Assembly: GCA_964035545.1 (NCBI GenBank)
Contig: OZ037765.1
Coordinates: 23,187,504-23,251,503, forward strand
DNA: 64,000 nucleotides
Origin: Bugula neritina
Lineage: Eukaryota > Animalia > Bryozoa
Direction: 5' to 3'
Below are positions 52,822-64,000 of this stretch, one piece after another. Within the stretch, counting starts at the first letter, position 1; the number at the start of each line of letters is the position of its first letter. The translations under genes and the position numbers were made by a program. The notes under the pieces were generated by a model. The model made no database searches. It saw only the letters and a list, made by a program, of their open reading frames with translations, and was not told where the DNA came from.

Positions 52822-55800
52822 TCAACCAGTAACGCCTTCAGACTCCTTTGACAAACATAATGATGCACATTCTTGAAGGAACTTGATGAAAACTTTTTTC
52901 TGTGCCGCTTTCATAGGTATACCATGCCCACCAGGGTGCTGCAACTCCTGCAGATCTGAGAAGTAGTCCTGTACTTTATCACTCATTTCTGGGAAATATA
53001 ATTCAGTATCAGGCTACTGGGTTTCAGCATACTTGAGACTAGATCATATTGATAGAGTAAACACTTACAGAAGCATTTGAAAGTAAGTAACTCAAATATG
53101 CTGGTTCAGTTGATTTAACTTGTCTAGAATTAACGAAATCAGCTGTCTAGCAATAAAACCATGAATTTACTCAAGGTCAAAAGTGTTTAAGTTTAGAGAA
53201 AGATGAGAGCGTGTGTGGTAACGAAACATCCCATGACCACCCTGTCTCACTCCTAGTAACAAAATGTAATGCTAACACCCTGCTGTAAACCTTGAAAACT
53301 CCTATGCATACAACATGTATTAGAAAGAAATTTTTTGATAAGTATAAACTGTTTAAAAAGATATTGCAGAAACCGTTAAACCTACATAGAAACTGTTTTC
53401 CTGCAACTTTTTAAATTTTTTTCGGACTTTTAGGCATTTAAATTTTATATCTCAATAAATCTTGGATTTTCTAAAAAAAGGGTTGTAGAATTTTGACTGA
53501 GGGTCAACTTTAATTCTAGGCTATATATAAAATACAATTATATAATCTATTATGGCTTTGTGTTATTATTAAAATTATATTATCGCATGGCCTCGCTCTA
53601 AATGTCATATAAACACACAAAATACACCAGACCAGCCAGTTGAATACAGCATATCATTAGTATTTCAGATGAAATTTTATCATAGCCCAGTATTAGCTGA
53701 TACATATACAATTACCTGTTGGAATAATATCATCTTGATCTCCAACCACCAGTAGAGATTTTACAGATATTTTCTCTTTAGCTTTAGATGTCAAAATCAG
53801 GTGCTCCAGGTGCTTGCTAATAAATCCTGACACCATAATCACGAAATTAAAATCCGGGTTGTCTAAACAATACATAAACAATATGACTAAAATAAAGCAA
53901 CTCATTAATATTTTTCCTAGTTTAAAAATTGTTTACAGTAAAATTGGCCAAGGTAAAATGGGCAAGTAAGAATGTTGCCAGCAACAAACTCCTTGCTGTG
54001 TCTTGACTCAAATATAAACTCATTATGAGCAAATTTGCTGTTGGCAAGAAACAAGGCTACTACTACTTGAATATTAAAAAATTTTTGCACAAAACATTGC
54101 CGTTTACACTTATCGAATATTTTTTTACACTTTGAAAATTAGCTTTAAATGTAATAGTTTAAGAGTTTCTAATAATTAAATGTTATACTGCAAACTCATA
54201 TACCCAAATTCAATTCATAAACTTGACCTAAAATTTATTAGAGGAAAAAATTACCAAATAGATCGACTGAAAAGTAGCTGACTTGACAAAATTTACTGTT
54301 TTGTTGCTACACTTGCTCTAAGAGCATCTTATTTTTCAAAAGTTAGCTTAAGCTTTGAAATTTCATTTACAATTCAAGATAAAAGAACAGTTTTTTTTGA
54401 GCAAATTAAATTATGAGCTAATAAACTGACAAAGTGGTAGTCTGTCGTATTAGCTAATGAAAATATAGTTACAGATAATTACCTTCTTTCATAAACTGAT
54501 GACAGTAAAGGGCAGCTAAACTGGCACCTTGACTAAACCCCAATAAACCATGAAATGGACCCTAAAATACAATACAGATATCAAGTATTACATAAAGTAT
54601 GATTCACATACACTTAATAGCAATGTTATAATTGGTTTTCCAAGTTATAAAAACTAGCTAATGACAAATCAATATAGTTAATCTAGCACAAATTAATATT
54701 TATACTGTGTTTATTACTCGCATGCAGTTTAGTATGCGGTTTCAATATCGACTAAATACTGGTGAGAGCTAGCAATTCTTTAAAACATGATTTTATTAAT
54801 ATCTAATAGACTATAATAAACTAAAACATCCCGCCACCTACGCAGGACCACGGCGGTGAAAGGTGACCAAACTAAAACATATAATAAAAACACGAGAATA
54901 ATAAAAAACTTGTTAAAACTTAGTACCATAAAGCTAGATTGAATACAGAGCAGTTGACATAAATTTTAAATGTTATTACTTTGCATAATGTACCTGACGT
55001 GCAACACAGTTTTTGATGAGATTTATAGATTTTTCTATGCCAGAGTCAGAAACAGGTTCATTGTTAGTCCACCAAGTTCTCACAGGAGCTAGGTCACCTT
55101 CACTATCAGGTATTGTTTCTTCCAAAACGTGGGGAGCATCAACTATGACTGTATAAAACCATAAAGCAATGAAATAGAGGTACTGTTTTCAAATTCATGC
55201 ATTCATTACTTTATCAGCTTTAAAAATTTGGAGTTTTAAAGCATGTCAGAGTATTCATTTTATTATAGAGTTTATGGTTACAAATTCATAATCAGAAAAT
55301 GCGTACTGGTGTTCTTTTAGCCCCATTTCATTTCACATAATTTAATGTTGTAAATAAATCTTGCATTTTGTACTTACCAAAATCTGCATACTTTTTCATA
55401 GCAGAACGAAAAGCGCCGCTTTTGGTTTTAAACACATCTGCATTTTGTCTAAAATTGAATTGCAAGTGTTAATATTCTATTAACACCTACTGAATGTCAT
55501 TAAAGCATGCTTCACCACACAAAACAGCTAAAATAGTACATGGACAAATATCTTTACTTATAAACGTTATTATATATTAAGTGTGTAAAACTCACCTGTA
55601 GCCGTGTAGACAAAGTATCTGCAACGAGACCAGTAATTCTTAGTTAGCTATGATGAATCATGACTCAATGTATACAGGTGATTGTATTATATATAAAAAG
55701 TTATCACCAGAAATACATGATCAAGACCGATATTTTGTGAAAAGAATATAGCAATGTTTTGGTACAGTTAGTTGAACAAAAAAATTAAACGGAATTCTTA

Positions 55801-57713
55801 AAAACGATATTGAAAAATCAAATATATTTTATTTATTATTCTATCAGCAGGTAGCTATTAAATACCAGGTAAAGGGCATGCAACTTCCAATTTTTTTTTA
55901 AATAAAGAGTAATGCTAAGAGCTATTAATAACCCCAAAGTCTATAATTAATCACCTTTGCTAATTAAATACAATGCACCACTTTAAGAAAAAACTCAGAA
56001 TGAATTATAGTATTATGAATTCTTAATGTTGTCATCAAACACCATCAACAATTTTTATTGAAAATTAGGTGATTATTTTAAAGCGTTTTAATTTGCTTTG
56101 GCACATTTTTTACTGCAGTTTTATTGAAATTAGATGCTTTAAAAAGAAAGACATGTGACAGAGTATAGTTTTTATTTAATTAAAATATATAAGCTCATTG
56201 TTACTGTGATAATTCACACCCATAGGTATCATTTGGATTATGATATTATTTATCATTATTACCATGGTTACACACGTGGTATTAATTATGATTGTGTAAT
56301 GAAAATTTACTGCTTGTAATAAAAACAATCATTATTACAGTGATATTTTAAACAATACATTGCAATATTTATAACTTACAAAATTGATTTAATAAATAAT
56401 AAACTTCATTATTACATTTGAACATAAACATGAAATTTACTCAAAGTAACAAAAATCAGTACAATAACTTTGAATAGTAGGGTGAGGGTATTATGCTCAC
56501 CTATTGTTATTGAGTAAATGCAAAAAGTAGGCAACTGAATAAGTGACTGTGAGGGAAAATCAATACAAATTATTTTCATGTCATTGACACTATGATTACA
56601 ACTACCGACATATAACTATAAACTATAATGATTATCATGAGTATCATTTTAATTATGAAAAATATGATCACATTCAGTTTCACTATCAATATGAATGTTG
56701 TTAAAATTCAGATTCATCATATGAATTTCGCAATTATTAAAAAGTATGACTAGAACCATAGAGCTAAACAATAAGCTTAATTGAAAGTTTAATTGCTAGG
56801 TTCAACATTAAACATAGCAGTGATTTTAATGTCAATAACAATATAACTAAAAATATTATAGCTATTATTAATATTAGTAGCTACTATTAGTATTACGATT
56901 ACCATTATTATTATTATTATACTTATACTTATAGCACTACTTGACTACTAGTGCTTGTAGTAGTAGTAATTATAATAAAAATCATAAACCTAACGATAAT
57001 AATAATGATTATAAGTATATCTATCATTATAATATTAATGTTTATAAAATTATCATATAATAACACTTATGATAACCTAAAAGTAAATCAACCAATTGAA
57101 CTAAACTAGCTAAAGTCTAATAGTAATAGTAAAACTAAATGTAATACTAAGTCTAATAGTAATACTAATCAGTAATAGTAATACTAATACTATTAGTAAT
57201 AGTAATAGTTATAGTAATAGCAATACTGACAGTAATAACAATAATACCAACACTAATACTAATACTAATAGTAATAGTATTAGTATTAGTATTACTGTAA
57301 TACTAATACTAATTAATAGTAATGGTAACAATATGAATACCATTAGTAAAAAATAACATAAACTGATTGCCATTGTGATTGTCATTAATCGGTTCATGTT
57401 GATTGTTATACTGATACTCATTGTGATCGTTTAAACTTGAACTGAAAATGTGTAGGTCTAGAACTAGAACTAGGACTAGGACTAGGACTAAGACTAAGAG
57501 TAAGTAGAACTAGAAGAGAAGATGAAATGCTTCATTACCTACAGTTTTAATTTTAGAGAATATCGTATAAAATAAGCTAGCATCGTTAAAAATATATAAA
57601 TTAAATCTAATTTAAATAAATAAATATGCAATTACGTTAACGGTTAATTGTAAAAATAAATAACACTAACAGAATTCAAATTGTACCTTTAATTTTTCTG
57701 TGGAGGCTGACAT
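52822..57713 (-). CDS. OVCA2/FSH1-family serine hydrolase, proximal more diverged body, plus the first exon
   Basis: Exons 57687-57713 (MSASTEKLK|gtacaa), 55596-55618 (ILCLHGYR), 55378-55448, 54994-55148, 54483-54561 (GPFHGLLGFSQGA), 53716-53862 (GDQDDIIP), 52822-52988 (HPGGHGIP..TGA); same intron phases as the distal body. Confidence 0.92.
54830..54868. mobile_element. 39-bp insertion with 12-bp target-site duplication (copy 1)
   Basis: cccgccacctacgcaggaccacggcggtgaaaggtgacc flanked by aaactaaaacat at 54818-54829 and 54869-54880. Confidence 0.8.
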
Positions 57714-58300
57714 TTTTAATGGTTATAGTCGTGTGCTTTGTTTTAAAATGATCATGCACAAACCAAATACAAGTAGGTCTCCCGTTTCTTCTATTAATGA
57801 CCTTTATTTTTCTTAGCTAAGGTCATTATCAGTAGAACTTCTAAAATTAGAATCGGAATTTAATTGAACAATTCCGTCTTACGTGGATTGTCCAAATAGG
57901 CTCTCTCTCAATTGGAAAACCAGGAATCAAATATTCATGTAATACTAATACTAATAGTAATAGTAATACTAATAGTAAAACTAATAGTAAAACTAATAGT
58001 AATAGTAATACTTATACTATTAGTATTAGTATTACTTATACTATAGTCTATAACTATAAGTATAAGCTATGTATTTATTTGTGGCATTATGATAATCAAT
58101 ATGGTTATATTTTAATTTATCAATATTTTCTTCATAAGTTCATTATGATTATGATTATAATCAGACTGATAATGATATTCATAACCATTTTCATAGACAT
58201 AATGATAATGATAATCATTATCATAAAAATATAATTATCATTATCAATAGACAATACTTACTATATTACTATAAGTATAACTATTACTATCACTATGACT
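56570..58300. repeat. Low-complexity (AAT/AGT/ACT/GAT) arrays around the OVCA2 first exon
   Basis: Runs such as agtaatagtaatactaat, gattatgattat and (actagg)n. Confidence 0.85.
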
Positions 58301-58303
58301 ATG

Positions 58304-58959
58304 AGCATACAATCTACAATGCACCCATGAAGGCAAAATTAATTGCATACCTTAGTCTATGTAGACCTATCCTTGAGTATGCAGACACGTTGTGGGATCC
58401 TACTAACAAAAATGCCTGTGAGGAAATTGAACATGTTCAAAATCAAGCCATCAGGTTTATCGCTAACCTCAAAGGAAGATGTGGCATCAGTGACGCTCGA
58501 ACTGAATTGCAGCTTAAAACTCTTGCGAGCCGACGAAGAGACCATAGAATAACTTTGTTAATGAGAATACTCTCTGATGAAGAGTGCCATGAAACGCTTT
58601 CATCTGCTTATGATGAACTATTAAATTCAAATCGGTCAATAAACACTCAATCTGCTAAGAGAGGAGAACCAACATCAATTTCTTCATCCTCACAGACCTT
58701 TCACAACAGTTTTCTCCCTCGAAGCATCAGAGATTTGAGGATACCACCTCATAACACAAACTCAGCTTAGCTATGTGCTAAAACCCCTTTACATTACAAT
58801 TAAAATATCCAAACTTAGCTACATGCTAGAATCGATACATTTCAACACATGGTAAACCCAAACAAAAACAACATAAGAGGCACTCATAATTTTGCGCCTG
58901 TAGGTGTTAGCAGAGTGTTCTAATTTTTACGAGGTGAGTTACAAGGTGAGTTAGTAAGG
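58304..58959 (+). mobile_element. 5'-truncated non-LTR retrotransposon (CR1/L2-group-like): RT C-terminus and 3' UTR
   Basis: ORF 58327-58770 AYLSLCRPILEYADTLWDP..IEHVQNQAIRFI..LQLKTLASRR..NSFLPRSIR; short repeated tail (aggtgagtta)x2; flanking direct repeat ctatcactatg at 58287-58297 and 58960-58970. Confidence 0.9.
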
Positions 58960-59768
58960 CTATCACTATGGCAATGCCAATTATAATCAATATCATAATG
59001 ATATTAAATAATTAATAATGTGAAATTAGAAATAATAATTGGATTTGATGATCAGCTCATGGTGATGGTGATACTAATAAATGTCAATGTTGTTACTCAT
59101 TCTTATACCACTATCATCACACCTATGGTTACCTGGCAATGGTCACCACTCACCATTCTCCAATGCATTAACATATAACACCAGTCATTAAAAACAAAAT
59201 TAACTCAACAGGTAACTAAACTAAAAAGTCAAACTCAACCAATGTCAAACTGAAAGTGAACTTTTTTATATTTTTTCAAGTTTTGATCCTCGGTCATATT
59301 CAGTGTGCTTGAATTTTTATTTTATTTATACTGATGATTTGATATAACTTGTTAACATTACATTATAATTATTTGTTACTTTGATATTATTGTTGCCTTG
59401 CACAACAGCCACACTTGTTTTATTTGATAAAATTCAACTGATATTATCTTATATTGATAAAACAAATGTTTAAATATTCAATTGAGAATGGTTTATTAAA
59501 AATAGGGGCAGGCTTCCTGTTTTTCTTAGTAGTGATATTGCTAGTTCTAACGTAGCTTTGTAGCATTAGAAGTTAGCTGACTAAGAAATGAAGTAATCGC
59601 ATCCCAAACTCAAACATCAAACAGAAAATTATAATCTTAAGCTAAGCGAAAATATGCATATTATTTAAGAGGTAACTTAATCAATAAAAAGCAAGATTTG
59701 GCTAATACAATTTATTGACACTCTAATCAAGTATGTGTTGATTGCATTTTGCAGCATAAAAAGTTGTT

Positions 59769-62700
59769 ATGGAATTCTCTGAGTTTATAACTGTTGCTCA
59801 AGTTGATGGCGTCATGCTTCACTCATCTAGCATGTCTCAAAGAGTACAGGGCTTGCTATGTGTCACTGGCCATCACCTTATTTTAGCACATAGAGGGGAA
59901 AACCATGAAGAGTTTTGGGTAGGCCTGTTTACTTTTACGTTCTAATGGCAATATTATATGTAAAATTTCCCGCCACCTGTGTAGGACCACAGGGATGAAA
60001 GGTGACCATTATATGTAAAATGTACTATCAAGTTTTGGCAGCTCAATGCTTGCATTTAATTACAATTATCAACTATTGGCTGATTGAAAAGTTGTGGCTG
60101 CATACTTTTTTTCGAATTCGTAAGATCATATATTATTTTTTTACAACTTGTTTAGCATCACTAAAATGCATATTGCATAATTCCTCTGAATTTTTGTATA
60201 TTCTTTTAGTTTCCCCATAAAAATGTTGACTTGGTAGAGTTGAAAAGCCCCAACACAATACTTCTATACTGTAAAGACTTTCAAATTGTTAGTTTGACAT
60301 TTCCTCCATCAAGCAGTGGAGACTGTACTAAAGTTGCCTCATCTATAAATAAGCTTTCCAATATCGGTATGATAGTACATATCAATATTTTTTGTGAAAC
60401 TTAAACTATATTTGATAGCTATTAGCACTTTTTATTTTAATCCTTAAAATACAAAAAGTTGGTAGCCATTCAGGTAATTTTTCTGCAAAATGACAGGAAA
60501 TTAAATTTTATCTGTTAACTGAGAATTTAATATTCTACTTCTTATTTGTAATGCTTGCACACTGTTGTTTAAATTGACTTATCTGTAAAATAGTTTAACT
60601 AATATCTTTTTGATACTAATTTTTCAAATGGGTACAAGTCCTTAGCTCTGCTGTTACTTTTTATTTTATCAATATAAGATTAGTGATAGATCTACTGGCT
60701 TCATTTTGATGGTTTGTGTTTCAAGTGGATGTTCCTCTTTCCTACCCATTCTACTACACAAACCAGTTTCCGATTCTTGAAGATGGGTGGTTAGCATTCA
60801 CTCTGCATTCGGAGTTTGCAAAATATACGAATAAAGCAGATTTTAGGATAACAGATATCAACAGAAACTTCCAGGTATGGATTTAGGAAAATCAATCATC
60901 TTTCCTTTGTGTTCCATCACTTTTGATTAGGGCTAAAATGTTTTGTTATAGAGGCATATATTGGAGCTTGATATCAACAACAGTGACTCCCAACCAATTT
61001 TTAGTAGCATTCCATATGCTAATCTCATAAATATAAATGTTTCAAATACTTTTAATACAATTATAGGTTTGCTCTTCGTACTCTAGTCAAGTTCTGGTAC
61101 CGAAATCTGTTGAGGATGAAGTGGTGTGCAAAGCCGCCTCGCACCGACAATCGAATCGGTTTCCTGTGTTGTCATACATTCATAAGGCTACAGGGGTTAG
61201 TATGTCATTTCTGCAACACTTAGCCTTTCAATATTTCTTATCTTATATTATAGAAATACTATCTACTTTCATAATTTTGATAAAAAGGTTTCATGACAAA
61301 TGAAATTGCCTTTACAGACTTATTTAGCGCGGGCCAGTCAAATAATCTCTACTAAAAGATGTAAAGAGGATGAAGCACTGTTGAATGCTTATGTGTTGCC
61401 GGGCAAGAAAGCCTTTATAGTTGATATTAGAACGTACTCAAGTGGTAGACCTACTCGAGGTAAACCCATCTCTGCTATCTATTCTGTCGTACATCTCTGT
61501 TTTATTTGCATTTATTTAAAGACTTCATTTTTTTCAAACCTGCATATGCACTGTTTTCCACTTGCTTTGAATTAAGCATTATTGTTAAAAAAAGATTGTA
61601 AGACTCAAAACATAAATATTTAAAACTGAGGTATTGCTCGATATTTCCTATATTTGTACTAAGCCCCATTTTAAACACACACTTTCTGCTTCATTTACCA
61701 CAACAGTGTTTGCTTTGATTCACATGTCTACCATTATTGTCAAAATAGATCAGCTGACAGTGAAATACTTTGAGCCTTGCTTGTTTAAAATTTTGCTAAC
61801 AGTTTGTTACATTTTAAATAAATACTTAGAATATTATTGCTTACGCTTTGATTCAAATGATGAATCAAATCAAATTATAAACTAGTTTACTTCACATGAC
61901 TTTTGTAACTTTTTAGGCAAAGAATCTGAATCCAGCTATCCACTGTGGAAGTATATCTCTAGACCGGTACAGAAGTGGCAAGCTCTTCAGGACTCCTTCA
62001 GTAGTCTTATAGAAGGTTGTATTTCTATGCCTTACACATATCAATATAATGTTTTATGATGCACTCACAACTTGTTGGGCAATTTAGTCAGTAGTTGAAC
62101 ATTATAATTTGAAAATATTTTTTGCTTTGCTTTTTCCTGTTTCTGTGTCATTATAGTATAATAATGTAATTTTTGTATACTACTTCAGTAGCATTATTGA
62201 GTATGGAAAGATAAATGGAAAACCTTATACTTGCTTAAGGCATGTCATGTTAAAGCAGAAGTGTCTAATGACATTTACATAGTAGGAGAAAAAAATATCT
62301 TGGCTTAAGAGTTGTATTCCTAACCAAATTTATTTTATAGTAAATTGTTCAATGTCTTTAATTATTTCACCAGCCACTTAATTTTGACGTTACAATCTAA
62401 TGAAGAAGATAGCTAGCAAAAATATATATAGCTGGCTAGCTAGAACCTCTGCTTATTTAACTTTGTTTTTATGGGTCGTTGTTCAGATTACTTATATACA
62501 CTCCTTCTGATGCTTTTATAACTTAAATTTTGGGAGTTGTGTACTGTATCTACAAATATAAAGGAGTTAATGTCTTGCATGTTTTAGTTACTTTTGATTG
62601 TTAGTTTAAATTGAAGAAAATCTAGTAAAATGTTTAGAGCTTTAAGAATGTTGTCCTATAATAGTGATTCTAAAGGGAACTTTGTCTTAGAAGATCTAAC

Positions 62701-64000
62701 AGCTAACTTCTAAAGGCCTTTTTTTGGGGGGGAGGGGGGGGAGCTGTGTTCGAAGATTTTATTATTGAGATGTCGTCCTATAAGTCTATGAAACATGTGA
62801 CATATCAAATACTCACCCCTGCATGTTGTTCATAATGGGTCAACTAAATTATCTATGTTTCTCTGATCTATTCTTAGACTGCTAATAAATATAACATTGT
62901 AGTTTGTCGAGATGAGAGCCTGTCAACTGAAAAATTTCTGTCTAAACTAAATTCAAGTCACTGGTTGGACTTTGTAAGAGATTTAATGATCTGCGCATGT
63001 GTCGTGTCTACCTACATCCACAAGGAAGGTAAATGTTAGCCGTGTTCAGTTCTATATCACTTTAGCCACTATGTTGTGCATTTAACAAGTGGCATTTCCA
63101 TACATGTATCCCAATAAGAATTAGGAGTAATATAATCTTTGTATGTGTGTTGTTAAAGATGTATTCTTGATTGAATTGCAGATGCCACAGTATTGGTTCA
63201 AGGCTCGTCTGGCACTGATAGGGTGCTACAAGTTTCTAGTCTGGCACAAGTGATTCTAGACCCTGACTGTCGCACTATTAGAGGGTAGGTCTGGCTTTCA
63301 CTCAGCTTGTGAAGTACTTGATGCGATCTTATAAGGCTAATAGTTGTACCATACATGCAACCAGAATAAGTCTTGAAATTTTCATGGATGCTAGATTTAA
63401 ATTTAGTTTATGTGTGCTCAAGGTTTGAGGCGCTGATAGAAAGAGAATGGGTGCAGGCTGGCCATCCTTTCAAAAGCAGGTGCTGCAAGTCTGTGTATTC
63501 TAAAACTGACAGCAAGTTTGAGTCTCCTGTTTTCCTAGTCTTTCTTGACAGTGTGTGGCAGGTGAGAGAATATCTACAGTATTTGCCTGATATTTACAGA
63601 TTCAGAGTTAAAGATAGCAGCTGTTGTCTAAGGGTTAGAGCGTTGGGTTTAGTAAATACAAAGTCATAGGTTAGAACCCCGGTAAATACCATTGATTATG
63701 TTAGGAAGAGCATCCAGTCATAACTGCTCCCGTGCCCCATATGAATAAATCCTTAGCCTGCTTTCAAAAAAACCTTTCCAGCTGGTGTGTCTCACAGGGA
63801 TAGTGATCATAAACTTACAGTGAGTTTATAGACTCAGATTTAAATTATGTGTTCAACCCTGATCGCTACTCTTGCTAGTGGCACAGATTACAGAATTTTG
63901 TTATGAGTTAATACTGATAGTACTTTAAAGACAAAGATGCCTGTTTACTATCGTAAAGCTTTTGGTTGTGTTGTAGATTTGGCAACAGTTTCCATGCTCC
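59769..64000 (+). CDS. MTMR9: Myotubularin-related protein 9 (pseudophosphatase); 3' part lies outside the window
   Basis: Exons 59769-59918 (MEFSEFI..GLLCVTGHHLIL..EEFW), 60210-60366 (CKDFQI), 60726-60874 (YPFYY..EDGW), 61067-61195 (RFPVLSYIH), 61318-61459 (RCKEDEALLNA), 61917-62015, 62903-63028, 63182-63284 (VLVQGSSGTDRVLQVSSLAQVILDPDCRTIRG), 63423-63561 (FEALIEREWVQAGHPF), 63977 to end (IWQQFPCS). Confidence 0.95.
59967..60007. mobile_element. 39-41-bp insertion with 14-bp target-site duplication (copy 2)
   Basis: tt-cccgccacctgtgtaggaccacagggatgaaaggtgacc flanked by attatatgtaaaat at 59953-59966 and 60008-60021. Confidence 0.8.
63617..63775 (+). mobile_element. tRNA-derived SINE, degenerate; same family as the 10200 copy
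   Basis: gcagctgttgtctaagggttagagc (A-box region), ggttagaaccc (B-box-like), body tgttaggaagagcatccagtcataactgctcc and aaatccttag, then an A-rich end. Confidence 0.65.

Noticed and set aside
54830-54868. HDV-like ribozyme in the 39-bp element (minus strand GGTCACC..TCCTGCGT..GGTGGCGGG)
   Set aside because: A P1-like helix and an L3-like loop are present, but there is no P3 pairing, P4 or catalytic J4/2 strand, and the element is too short.
57209-57421. Hydrophobic 70-aa ORF
   Set aside because: Translation artefact of the low-complexity AAT/AGT array.

Overview
AT-rich, intron-dense animal (invertebrate-like) genomic DNA. Exons below were assembled by hand from GT-AG sites, reading-frame phase and recalled family sequences. 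Contents: (1) the 5' part of a UNC13/Munc13 gene on the minus strand (ATG 29595; C2A, CaM-binding site, C1, C2B, start of MUN; continues beyond position 1); (2) a complete 23-exon NCAPG2 gene on the plus strand (32735-44751), head-to-head with UNC13; (3) an unidentified minus-strand gene ending in a transmembrane segment (about 45311-48450); (4) two tandem OVCA2/FSH1-type serine hydrolase gene bodies that appear to share one first coding exon (57687-57713); (5) a 5'-truncated LINE; (6) the 5' part of an MTMR9 pseudophosphatase gene (59769 to window end). There are also SINEs, MITEs and satellites. Strongest findings: a duplicated, frame-incompatible exon pair giving two versions of the UNC13 C2B Ca2+/phospholipid-binding loop; the one-first-exon/two-bodies OVCA2 locus; a 436-codon alternative UNC13 N-terminal exon; and a 39-bp insertion with 12-14 bp target-site duplications found twice.
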